NCBI GenBank assembly: GCA_001817065.1
Contig: MHHQ01000029.1
Span: 4,049-68,048 of the forward strand
Direction of reading: 5' to 3'
DNA length: 64,000 nucleotides
Source: Candidatus Andersenbacteria bacterium RIFCSPHIGHO2_02_FULL_46_16
GTDB lineage: Bacteria; Patescibacteriota; Andersenbacteria; UBA10190
The translations under genes were made by a program, and so were the position numbers. Positions within the stretch are counted from its first letter, which is position 1; each line of letters starts with the position of its first letter. Under the pieces are notes generated by a model. It made no database searches. It was not told where the DNA came from and was given only the letters and a program-made list of their open reading frames with translations. Of the stretch, positions 49,721 through 58,974 are shown piece after piece.

Positions 49721-49786
49721 GCAGTATAAGTAGCCGAATACTTCCTGTTCTGAGGTTGGTGGCCGTAAGGCCTAGGCTGCTTTTTT
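49721..49786 (+). ncRNA. Putative structured small RNA, unit 2 (DUF3800-associated)
   Basis: TTGACA(49691)-16-TATACT; closing stem AAGTAGCC/GGCTGCTT; GGCC-GTAA-GGCC hairpin; T6 end overlapping the DUF3800 stop. Confidence 0.6.
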
Positions 49787-50360
49787 AGTTCCTTGAAACA
49801 ATAATTTTTTCGCGCATTGCTTTTCTATATAACGGCTTCATTAGGTCATCCCCTTCAATGCCATCGCGCACAAAGCCCGCCACCGCATCGGCCAATCTAA
49901 TAAATTCATCAGCTTCATCTGTAAGTCCACGAGCCCTTTGTGCCTTAACATGGAGACTTCGTAATCCTCTGGTAAAGTGATCACGTTGGCTTTGGTTGAG
50001 CCCATCCACATATACCGTCGCTTGATAAGACTGGCTGGCATGGCCAAGAATTGCCCAGGCAGTGGTTAGCACTGTCAGATCCATATAATATCGGGAATGT
50101 AGATAATGCGCAGCGTGCAGCAAGCCGATGAATTTTTTAGATTCCAGAATACGGCGGATATAGGCCTCGCGCCTTGACCTCGCAGTTCGCGTCCACTTTC
50201 TATTTGCCTTACCAGACTCTTTCTCGATTTGCCGCAACAATTTCCTCAACTTATCGCGCTGGTTTCCCACCACAATCACCGACACTAAAAATATCTCGCC
50301 TCGGGTATCCTGCCCCGACTCATCCACATAGGCATACAATTTTTGTTTCTTTACGCCCAT
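49785..50360 (-). CDS. DUF3800 domain protein (predicted RNase H-like fold)
   Basis: N-terminal YVDESG, central YVDG, C-terminal IRLADAVAG. Confidence 0.85.
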   Translation of the reverse strand: MGVKKQKLYAYVDESGQDTRGEIFLVSVIVVGNQRDKLRKLLRQIEKESGKANRKWTRTARSRREAYIRRILESKKFIGLLHAAHYLHSRYYMDLTVLTTAWAILGHASQSYQATVYVDGLNQSQRDHFTRGLRSLHVKAQRARGLTDEADEFIRLADAVAGFVRDGIEGDDLMKPLYRKAMREKIIVSRN

Positions 50361-50426
50361 AAATTTATGATATACCTATAACGGTTCATCTAAAATAATT
50401 GCATCATCAAATATGAAAAATTAACA

Positions 50427-51521
50427 ATGAAATTATTATTCCTAAATTGGCGCGACACCAGCCACCCCAAAGCCGGCGGTGCCGAGCAACTCACGGAAAA
50501 CATCGCGGCTGAACTGGTCAAGCACGGTCATCAGATTACGCTTCTTTGTCCCCTATTTCCCGGCTGCCAACAGCAGGAAACCAAACGCGGCTATCACATA
50601 ATCCGCCGCGGCAACCAGCTTACTGTCCGCTTCCACGCCTGGCGCCTCTGGCAAAATAAATTTAGACAGGACAAAAAAGCCATTTGTGTTGATCAATTCC
50701 ACGGATTGCCGTTCTTTGCACCACTATATGCTCATCACCACACGCTAGCATTCATACACGAGGTGGCTGGTGAGTGTTGGCAATATAATTTTTTATTTCC
50801 ATTTAACATCTTCGGGCAACTATTAGAAAAATTTTCCTTTCTTTTATACAGTGGCACTACATTTATAACGGTTTCTGAATCTACCAAAAACGATCTCATC
50901 AGGGTCGGTATTTTTTCCGACACCATTTCAATCATTCCCGTAACCATTTCCGTCACTCCCATTTCCTCGCCTGTTTTTATTAAAAACAATCCTATAATAA
51001 TTAGTCTTAACCGCATCGCACCTATAAAAAACATCACTGATACAATTTCTGCCTGCCTGCATTTAAAAAAACGTATTCCTGATTTACAGCTGTGGCTGGT
51101 CGGCTCCGGTCAAGGACGGTATTTTGAACAAATAAAACTTCTGGCTGCTAAACATCAAGATTTAATTACTATGCACGGCTTCGTCAGTGAACAAAAAAAA
51201 CAGGAACTATTATCTCAAGCTAAAGTTTTAGTCACGACTTCCCACAAAGAAGGTTACGGCTTGAACATCCTCGAGGCAGCTGCATACGGCACTCCCTCCA
51301 TCGCCTACAATGTAAACGGTTTACGCGAAGCAATCATTAACAACCAAACCGGCCTGTTGACCAAACACAACACACCAGAAGATTTAGCTCGCCAACTAGA
51401 AAAGATTCTAACCAATACCAAGCTTCACCAAAAAATGGCCCATGCCGCATGGCAACGCAGTTATAAATTTTCTTTGAAAAATACAGTCGACTCTTTCGAG
51501 TCTATACTAAAGCAACTATAA
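50427..51521 (+). CDS. GT4 glycosyltransferase
   Basis: NWRD..HPKAGGAE, EGYGLNILEA. Confidence 0.92.
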   Translation: MKLLFLNWRDTSHPKAGGAEQLTENIAAELVKHGHQITLLCPLFPGCQQQETKRGYHIIRRGNQLTVRFHAWRLWQNKFRQDKKAICVDQFHGLPFFAPLYAHHHTLAFIHEVAGECWQYNFLFPFNIFGQLLEKFSFLLYSGTTFITVSESTKNDLIRVGIFSDTISIIPVTISVTPISSPVFIKNNPIIISLNRIAPIKNITDTISACLHLKKRIPDLQLWLVGSGQGRYFEQIKLLAAKHQDLITMHGFVSEQKKQELLSQAKVLVTTSHKEGYGLNILEAAAYGTPSIAYNVNGLREAIINNQTGLLTKHNTPEDLARQLEKILTNTKLHQKMAHAAWQRSYKFSLKNTVDSFESILKQL

Positions 51522-51579
51522 TTCAATGCACTAGCTAACCACGTTGCTCATACATAATCTGATATAGTATATTAATTGT

Positions 51580-52569
51580 ATGATAAAAAAAGCTGTCGTT
51601 TGCGGCGGAGGCGGATTCATAGGAAGTCATTTAGTCCGCGACCTCAAACAAAAAGGCGGGTGGGTACGAGCTGTTGACTTGAAGAAACCAGAATTTTCTG
51701 ATAGTGCCGCGGATGAATTCATTGTTGGTGATTTGCGCAATGTAGGCATAGCCCAGCAGGCCGTCGCTGATATGGAAGACGTCTACCAATTAGCCGCTGA
51801 TATGGGCGGTATGGGTTTTATTTGCGGTGATCATGACGCTGCCATCATGCACAACTCAGCCCTCATTAATTTGCATGTATTAAATGAGGCCTATCAAGCC
51901 AAGTGCCGGAAGATCTTCTATTCTTCCTCTGCCTGCGTCTACGCCAAACATAACCAGGCTGATCCCAGCAATCCCAAGTGCAGCGAAGAGTCCGCCTACC
52001 CAGCTGCCCCGGATAGCGAGTATGGTTGGGAGAAGCTATTTAGCGAGAGGTTATACCTGACCTATGGTCGCAACTATGGCATGGACGTTAGAATTGCCCG
52101 CTTCCATAATGTATTTGGTCCCGAAGGAACGTGGACCGGTGGTCGCGAAAAAGCGCCCGCGGCTTTATGCCGCAAGGTAGCCGAAGCCAAAAACGGAGGC
52201 TCCATTGAAATTTGGGGACCGGGCGATCAAACAAGGTCTTTTCTCTTTATTGATGAGTGCTTGGAAGGAATCAGCCGCCTCATGGCTTCAGATTTCTCCG
52301 GCCCAGTTAATATAGGCTCTGAAGAAATGATTTCTATTAATAATCTGGCAATATTGGTGTCTGATATCGCCGGCAAGCAAATTAATATTAAAAATATCGA
52401 TGGTCCGGAAGGTGTTCGGGGACGCAATTCAGACAACCGTTTAATCAAAAATACACTAGGCTGGGCGCCATCTGCTCCCCTGCGAGTCGGCTTGGAAAAA
52501 ACTTATGCCTGGATAAATAAACAGGTCCGAATAAAAAAACTAGCACAAAATGTAGTTCATCATGCCTAA
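51580..52569 (+). CDS. NAD-dependent epimerase, GDP-mannose 3,5-epimerase-like
   Basis: GGGGFIG, LAADMGGMGFI, SSACVY, YGWEK, EKAPAALCRK. Confidence 0.9.
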   Translation: MIKKAVVCGGGGFIGSHLVRDLKQKGGWVRAVDLKKPEFSDSAADEFIVGDLRNVGIAQQAVADMEDVYQLAADMGGMGFICGDHDAAIMHNSALINLHVLNEAYQAKCRKIFYSSSACVYAKHNQADPSNPKCSEESAYPAAPDSEYGWEKLFSERLYLTYGRNYGMDVRIARFHNVFGPEGTWTGGREKAPAALCRKVAEAKNGGSIEIWGPGDQTRSFLFIDECLEGISRLMASDFSGPVNIGSEEMISINNLAILVSDIAGKQINIKNIDGPEGVRGRNSDNRLIKNTLGWAPSAPLRVGLEKTYAWINKQVRIKKLAQNVVHHA

Positions 52570-53191
52570 CCCAGACCTCTCGCGATACCTACCATACAAA
52601 CAAACTATCTTCCGTCGACTTGGCTTTAATTTTGTGCCCGGAAAAACACTGCTTGACGTCGGGTGCGGCGATGGCTCTGATGCTGATATCTTTATTAATG
52701 CGTATGGACTGCAAGTATATGGGACGGATGTTTTTACGCACCCAGATATATTCCAAATACACGGTCTGCATTTTCAAGAAGCAAGTATTTACCACCAACC
52801 TTTCCCAGACGCATCTTTCGATTATGTTTTTTTACATGACGTTTTGCACCATATTGATGAAGAAGAACAATCACCTATTAAACACCAGCAAGCCTTGCAG
52901 GAATTAAAACGAATCCTTAAGCCCAATGGCTATTGCTTAATTGTAGAAGGGAATCGTTACAATCCAATGTTTTACCCGCACATGGTCCTGATGCGAGGCC
53001 ATAATCATTGGAGACAATCATATTTCAAAAGCATGGTGAGCCAAGTTTTCCCGCACGCTAAATTTAAATTTTACGAAGCCCATCATTACCCGTGGGGTGG
53101 AAAAATTTGGAAACCATTTGAATGGCTGATGAATAATGTTATTCCACCGCAGTTTGCTGCTTACAACACTTCTGTTGCGCGTAATGATTGA
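52562..53191 (+). CDS. Class I SAM-dependent methyltransferase
   Basis: LLDVGCGDG, PFPDASFD, VLHH, ILKPNG. Confidence 0.9.
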   Translation: MPNPDLSRYLPYKQTIFRRLGFNFVPGKTLLDVGCGDGSDADIFINAYGLQVYGTDVFTHPDIFQIHGLHFQEASIYHQPFPDASFDYVFLHDVLHHIDEEEQSPIKHQQALQELKRILKPNGYCLIVEGNRYNPMFYPHMVLMRGHNHWRQSYFKSMVSQVFPHAKFKFYEAHHYPWGGKIWKPFEWLMNNVIPPQFAAYNTSVARND

Positions 53192-54363
53192 CCATGAAGG
53201 TTCAAGAGGGAAAATTTATTATCGCTGCCCATGTACTATGGTATGCCACTGCTCATGCCCTTAAAGATTATTTACTAACAAAAAAACCCAATGTTGTTGT
53301 CTTCTTACAATTGCCATTTGTAACCCGAAACCGTCTGAACGTTGATGTCTATCACCAGCAAAAGCATGTCCTAGCTAAAGAATTCAAACGCCACTCTTAC
53401 CCTGAGATAATTAACTACGTACTCGATTTTTTACAGGTTTTGCGTTGGTCACTAGTTCAACCCGGCCGACACTATATTTTTATCGGTGAAGACCCATTGA
53501 ATTGCATGGCCGGAATTTTCCTTAAAATTATTACCAAAATTGATAAAGTCATTTTCTACTCTATCGATTTTTCACCAACGCGCTTTGCTAATCCGCTGCT
53601 GAACTATATCTATCACTCCTTAGAAAAAATATGCGTAATCTTCGCCGACGAAACCTGGAACGTCTCTCCTAAAATCGCCGAGGGAAGACAACAATTCCTC
53701 AACTTATCTCCCACAAAGCATCCTCAAAAAGTTGTGCCCGTTGGCATTTGGCCAAACGAAATCGTCTTAAATCCCATTGGTGAAAATACAATTAGAAAAT
53801 ATCATCTGATATTCATGGGCCATCTACTCGAAAAACAAGGTGTCCAAATGGTGCTTGAAGCTGTTCCATTAATAATTAAAATAATTCCTAATTTTATATT
53901 CGCCATTATTGGTGAGGGCCCATACGCGAAGCAGCTTCACCAACAAACCAAGCACCTCAAAGTCTCACAGCATGTTATATTCACTGGTAGCATTCCTGGA
54001 CACGACGAGCTAAATAGAATGATGGACCATGGCCTCTGTGCCGTTGCCCTGTACAAACCAGAACCGGACAAAAAACTAAATTTCACCTATTACGCCGACC
54101 CGGGTAAAATCAAGGAATATTTAGCCAGGGGGCTACCGGTTATTACTACTAACGTGCCTTATAACGCACATGAGATTACCAGACGTCAATGCGGCTTAGT
54201 TGTTAACTATAATAAAGAAGAAGTCAGCCATGCAATTATTAGTCTTCTAAGAAACAAACAGACACTAGCAGAATATAGCAAGAATGCTCTATCCTTCGCC
54301 CGCGAATTCACGTGGGATAACGTTTACACTAATGCCTTTGCAGAAAGTTATGGACAACACTGA
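53188..54363 (+). CDS. GT4 glycosyltransferase
   Basis: FMGHLLEKQG, DPGKIKEYLARGLPVI. Confidence 0.88.
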   Translation: MTMKVQEGKFIIAAHVLWYATAHALKDYLLTKKPNVVVFLQLPFVTRNRLNVDVYHQQKHVLAKEFKRHSYPEIINYVLDFLQVLRWSLVQPGRHYIFIGEDPLNCMAGIFLKIITKIDKVIFYSIDFSPTRFANPLLNYIYHSLEKICVIFADETWNVSPKIAEGRQQFLNLSPTKHPQKVVPVGIWPNEIVLNPIGENTIRKYHLIFMGHLLEKQGVQMVLEAVPLIIKIIPNFIFAIIGEGPYAKQLHQQTKHLKVSQHVIFTGSIPGHDELNRMMDHGLCAVALYKPEPDKKLNFTYYADPGKIKEYLARGLPVITTNVPYNAHEITRRQCGLVVNYNKEEVSHAIISLLRNKQTLAEYSKNALSFAREFTWDNVYTNAFAESYGQH

Positions 54364-55096
54364 AAAACAGCACCGACATCAAAACCATTATTTCAATCGG
54401 GAATTTGCCGCGGTTCGGTCTTACCACCTCGCCCCCTGGCAGCAAAGCTATATCAACAAGATCACTAGCCATCTTCTCGCCAAAGATTCAGTTGGAAAAA
54501 ACATACTTGACATCGCCACTGGTAGCGGCTACGTCGCAATTGAAATGGCTAAACGTGGACTGAATGTCACTGCCAGTGACCTTAGTATTGTCGCCATTAA
54601 AAACCTTAAAAAATATCGTCAACAATTCTCTCTCAAGAACCTCAACATCATTAAATGCCCAGCCGAAAAGATACCCCTCGCAGACAACAGCTTCGACTAC
54701 ATCATTGCCAATGCTATCTTGGAACACATTTTTGATGAAAACAAGGCTATCAACGAATGGCTACGGCTATTAAAGCCCAACGGTCAAATATTAGTTACCA
54801 TTCCTCTTATGTACCGCTATATTTGGCCGTTTTTATGGCCCATAAATTATATTCACGACAAACGTATTGGCCACTTGCGTCGATATAATAGTACCAGTTT
54901 ACAAAGCAAATTCCATCTTGATCTTATGCATGTCTTTTACACCGGTCATTTAGTTAAAGTAATAGGTGCGGCAATCAACGCAATTTTTCCACTTCCCAAA
55001 CTAGTAGAATACTGTGAAATAAAAGACGATTACAAACAAAAAATCGCTTATGGCGCTAATAATATCGTGGTTATTATGAAAAAAACTAAACAATAA
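54350..55096 (+). CDS. Class I SAM-dependent methyltransferase
   Basis: ILDIATGSG, ILEHI, LLKPNG, GHLRRY; ATG 54350 preferred. Confidence 0.88.
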   Translation: MDNTEKQHRHQNHYFNREFAAVRSYHLAPWQQSYINKITSHLLAKDSVGKNILDIATGSGYVAIEMAKRGLNVTASDLSIVAIKNLKKYRQQFSLKNLNIIKCPAEKIPLADNSFDYIIANAILEHIFDENKAINEWLRLLKPNGQILVTIPLMYRYIWPFLWPINYIHDKRIGHLRRYNSTSLQSKFHLDLMHVFYTGHLVKVIGAAINAIFPLPKLVEYCEIKDDYKQKIAYGANNIVVIMKKTKQ

Positions 55097-55099
55097 TCC

Positions 55100-55789
55100 A
55101 TGAAAAAACATTTAGCTAAAATCTTCGACCATGCTTATGCCCGTAATACCAAAAACATCCTCTTACTGCTCGATAAACAAAGAGCCGCACAGTTCCTGGA
55201 CTTAGGTTGTGACGATGGCACTCTATCCCTAGCACTAGCCAAGCGCATCAATACCAAAGATATCAGCGGTGTTGAAATTGACGGCACAGCAGCCATACAC
55301 GCTGTTAAGCGAGGCATCAAAGTTAAGCAATTTGATTTGAACAAACAGTTTGATTTTACAAATGATTCATTTGATGTAGTTCATGCCAATCAGATAATAG
55401 AACATCTTTACGATGCTGATAATTTTCTTTCGGAAATTCACCGTATACTAAAACCTAGTGGCTATGCCATCATCAGTACCGAAAACGCCAGCAGTTGGTG
55501 TAATATATTTGCCAGTGTGATGGGCTGGCAAATATTTTCATTAACCAATATGTCTACTATAGGAAGTTTAGGAAATCCGTGGTCCCTGTATCGTAATACA
55601 ATTAAAAAACCTGCTTCCTGGATCCATATTCGTATCTATAATTTTCGCGGACTCAAAGAATTAATCCAAGCACATGGATTTGTGATTGAAGAGATCCGCG
55701 GTGCTGGCTATTTTCCCTTCCCTGCGGGTATGGGCAATATTGATAAAACACACGCTCACTTTATGGCTTTTAAGGTACGCAAAAAATGA
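55100..55789 (+). CDS. Class I SAM-dependent methyltransferase
   Basis: FLDLGCDDG, IIEHL, ILKPSG. Confidence 0.9.
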   Translation: MKKHLAKIFDHAYARNTKNILLLLDKQRAAQFLDLGCDDGTLSLALAKRINTKDISGVEIDGTAAIHAVKRGIKVKQFDLNKQFDFTNDSFDVVHANQIIEHLYDADNFLSEIHRILKPSGYAIISTENASSWCNIFASVMGWQIFSLTNMSTIGSLGNPWSLYRNTIKKPASWIHIRIYNFRGLKELIQAHGFVIEEIRGAGYFPFPAGMGNIDKTHAHFMAFKVRKK

Positions 55790-56619
55790 CTCCTCTCGTA
55801 TCAATTATTGTCCCTACCAGAAATTCAGCTGTCGTTCTGCAAGCCTGTCTTAATAGCATCAAGCAGCAAACATATAAAAATATTGAGTTAGTTATTGTTG
55901 ATAATAATTCCACTGACAACACATTAGTAATTGCCAAATCTTTTACAAATCAGGTATTCAGCAAAGGCCCGGAACGCTCCGCCCAGCGCAATTTGGGAGC
56001 CCGGCAAGCTCACGGGGATTATCTATTATTTATTGATAGTGATATGAAATTGTCGCCGCAAGTAGTCGCAAGCTGCGTTGAGAAAATTCAAAATAACCCC
56101 CAAACAAAAGCCATAATTATTCCCGAAGAATCCTTTGGTGAGGGCTTTTGGGCACAGTGCAAAAAATTAGAGCGAAGTTTTTATATTGGCGTGGATTGGA
56201 TGGAAGCGGCCAGGTTTTTCACCCGCGACGCGTTCGAAGAAGCCAGTGGTTTCGACGAAAATATGATCAGCGGCGAAGACTGGGATCTATCGCAACGTGT
56301 CGGTAAAAAATACCCCATTGACAGCATTGACCAATTTATCTACCACAATGAGGGCAAGGTTAGCCTACGGCAAATAATCAAAAAGAAATTTTATTATGCT
56401 CGCAACCTAACGCAATATCAATCTGTGCCTGCCAACAAGATCAAATTGAAATACCAGGCAAGTATAAAAAAAAGATATTTATTATTTTTATCTGATCGCA
56501 AGAAACTTTTCTCCACTCCGCTTACCAGTGCTGGTATGCTGTTTATGAAATCTTGTGAATTTGGATTTGGCGGAGTGGGATATTTATTCGGAAAGATAAA
56601 AGCAAAACGAAGACAGTAA
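55786..56619 (+). CDS. GT2 glycosyltransferase
   Basis: VSIIVP, VDNNSTD, FIDSD, GEDWD. Confidence 0.92.
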   Translation: MTPLVSIIVPTRNSAVVLQACLNSIKQQTYKNIELVIVDNNSTDNTLVIAKSFTNQVFSKGPERSAQRNLGARQAHGDYLLFIDSDMKLSPQVVASCVEKIQNNPQTKAIIIPEESFGEGFWAQCKKLERSFYIGVDWMEAARFFTRDAFEEASGFDENMISGEDWDLSQRVGKKYPIDSIDQFIYHNEGKVSLRQIIKKKFYYARNLTQYQSVPANKIKLKYQASIKKRYLLFLSDRKKLFSTPLTSAGMLFMKSCEFGFGGVGYLFGKIKAKRRQ

Positions 56620-56637
56620 CATAAAAAACTTAGCAAG

Positions 56638-57837
56638 ATGACTAGTCAAACCAATAATATTAACAAATTAATCTTGAATCTTTTTTTTATCCCATTCTTT
56701 TGGATATTTTCTTATATTATTCCTAAAAAGAAGAAATTAATAATATTTGGTTCATATTATGGCTATAAATTTATAGGAAATCCCAAGTATTTCTATCTTT
56801 ATTTATTGAATAAAAAAGATAGTGTATATCATCCTTACTGGATCACTAGAAATGTTAAGCTATATCGCTCCTTTAAAAAAGACTTGAAACCGGTGTTTTA
56901 TTTGTATTCTTTTTCCGGGATCTGGAAAATCTTAAGGGCAGAATATCTATTTATTGGAGAAGCTGCCCAAGATATTACAGGTAGAACTTTTCTTTTAGGT
57001 AATTTTAATATTATTGAATCTTGGCACGCCACACCCCTAAAAGATATTTCAATACCTGACAAATTTAACCAAACATTTTATCAAAAATTATTTAATTTTA
57101 TGCTGCATCAGGAGCTAAAATTATATAAAGTCGTTATTAGTTGTTCAACCAGCGCGTCTCAAAATCTGCGATCATTTTTTAAAAATAATAATATCCAAAT
57201 ATCAGGATATCCTCGCAATGATATCTTTTATAATTACAAGCTAAGCTACAGAAATTACAGGAAAGATTTAGACTTACATCAATATAAAAAAATATTATTA
57301 TATGCCCCTACTTTTAGAGATCATAAAAAGGATGTTGTACCATTTTCACCAGTCTTCTTAACTCGATTAAATAGTTATTTAAAACTAAATAATTATATTT
57401 TACTGGTCAAAGATCATCCTATTTCCATATTTGGCAGAAGGGTAAAAAGTATTAATCTTAGTAACATACAAGATGTAACGAATGTATGTGACGACATCCA
57501 GGAATTATTAATTTACGTTGATATTTTGATAACAGATTACTCGGGTATGATCTTTGAATTTTGTCTAACAAACAGACCAATAATTTTTTATTGTTATGAT
57601 TATAACGATTACCTGAAAAATTGCAGAAGTATGTGTTATGACTACTTCAGTGAAATGCCTGGACCTTTTGCTAAGAACGAGGCAACCCTTTTATTTCTGA
57701 TAAAAAATGTATCGCATTGGTTCAATGACGCAGCGTATAAGGAAAAATACAATAATTTAAGAGATAAATTTAATAAGTTTCAAGACGGAAGATCGTGTGA
57801 ACGACTATATAAATATATTAGAAAGAGCAATTTTTAA
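56638..57837 (+). CDS. CDP-glycerol glycerophosphotransferase (TagB/TagF family)
   Basis: WHATPLK, GYPRND, LYAPTFRD, HP, ITDYSG; visibly AT-rich DNA. Confidence 0.9.
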   Translation: MTSQTNNINKLILNLFFIPFFWIFSYIIPKKKKLIIFGSYYGYKFIGNPKYFYLYLLNKKDSVYHPYWITRNVKLYRSFKKDLKPVFYLYSFSGIWKILRAEYLFIGEAAQDITGRTFLLGNFNIIESWHATPLKDISIPDKFNQTFYQKLFNFMLHQELKLYKVVISCSTSASQNLRSFFKNNNIQISGYPRNDIFYNYKLSYRNYRKDLDLHQYKKILLYAPTFRDHKKDVVPFSPVFLTRLNSYLKLNNYILLVKDHPISIFGRRVKSINLSNIQDVTNVCDDIQELLIYVDILITDYSGMIFEFCLTNRPIIFYCYDYNDYLKNCRSMCYDYFSEMPGPFAKNEATLLFLIKNVSHWFNDAAYKEKYNNLRDKFNKFQDGRSCERLYKYIRKSNF

Positions 57838-57881
57838 AAGTAGAAATAAAAAAATCTATTAACGCTCCGTTTATTTTACAA

Positions 57882-58970
57882 ATGCCCCCCATAAAGATAA
57901 CCTTGGTTGTTGGAACCCGTCCTGAAATCATAAAGATGTCTCCGGTCATTAAAGAATGCCAGGCCAGAAACCTTAGTTTTTTTCTTATACATTCCAACCA
58001 ACACTATACACCTGCCCTGGATGCAATTATTTTTGAAGATTTAGATATCCCTCATCCAAGACATAACCTGAGAGTTGGCTCTGGGACACACGGTACACAA
58101 ACAGGTAAAATATTAATGCGGATTGAAAAAATTTTGATGCGGGAGAAGCCAGATATTGTTCTTGTACAAGGTGATACCAACACTGTGTTAGCAGGTGCTT
58201 TGGCTGCCAAAAAATTGCACATCAAAATCGGACACATTGAAGCAGGCTTGCGCTCTTATTCCGCCGAGATGCCGGAAGAAATTAACCGGGTGCTAGCTGA
58301 CCACTGCTCCGATTTAATGTTCGCGCCAACGGCTAAAGCTAAAATGGCACTCGTCCGTGAAGGCCTTTCGCCAAAAAAGATAATCCTGACTGGTAATACT
58401 ATCGTTGATGCTATTCGTCAAAATTTACCTATGGCTGAATCAAGATCAAAGATTTTACATAAATTTAAATTAGATAGGCAAAAGTATTTTTTATCAACTT
58501 TTCATCGTCCAGAAAACGTGGATAACAAACCAAAGCTAAAAAACATTCTTTCCGCTCTTGGTGAAATTTCTAAAATTTTTTCTTGGCCAATTGTTTGTCC
58601 AATCCACCCCAGAACCCTTAAAAAGATTAAGGAGTTTAGCCAAGCGTTTCCTGCAGGAATTCAAGTTGTCCCTCCTATGGGTTATCTGGATTTTCTAATG
58701 CTGGAGTCCAATGCAAAACTTGTCTTAACAGATTCCGGTGGCATTCAAGAAGAAACGTGCATCCTTAATATTCCTTGCGTAACTCTAAGGGATAATACCG
58801 AGCGACCGGAAACCATCCTGGCCGGCAGCAATATTTTGGCTGGAACTAACTCCGAGGCAATAAGACGCTGCGTCGATACCATGCTGCAAAGAAATACTAA
58901 CTGGCAAAATCCTTTCGGCTCTGGTAAAGCGGCCGCGGTAATTATAGATGCCATCCTGTCCAAATCTTGA
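57882..58970 (+). CDS. wecB: UDP-N-acetylglucosamine 2-epimerase (non-hydrolysing)
   Basis: GTRPE, QGDTNT, HIEAGLRS, PEEINR, TDSGGIQEE, TERPE. Confidence 0.95.
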   Translation: MPPIKITLVVGTRPEIIKMSPVIKECQARNLSFFLIHSNQHYTPALDAIIFEDLDIPHPRHNLRVGSGTHGTQTGKILMRIEKILMREKPDIVLVQGDTNTVLAGALAAKKLHIKIGHIEAGLRSYSAEMPEEINRVLADHCSDLMFAPTAKAKMALVREGLSPKKIILTGNTIVDAIRQNLPMAESRSKILHKFKLDRQKYFLSTFHRPENVDNKPKLKNILSALGEISKIFSWPIVCPIHPRTLKKIKEFSQAFPAGIQVVPPMGYLDFLMLESNAKLVLTDSGGIQEETCILNIPCVTLRDNTERPETILAGSNILAGTNSEAIRRCVDTMLQRNTNWQNPFGSGKAAAVIIDAILSKS

Positions 58971-58974
58971 ATTC

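Noticed and set aside
49446-49786. tRNA or known riboswitch
   Set aside because: No cloverleaf, T-loop or CCA, and no same-strand gene directly downstream to regulate
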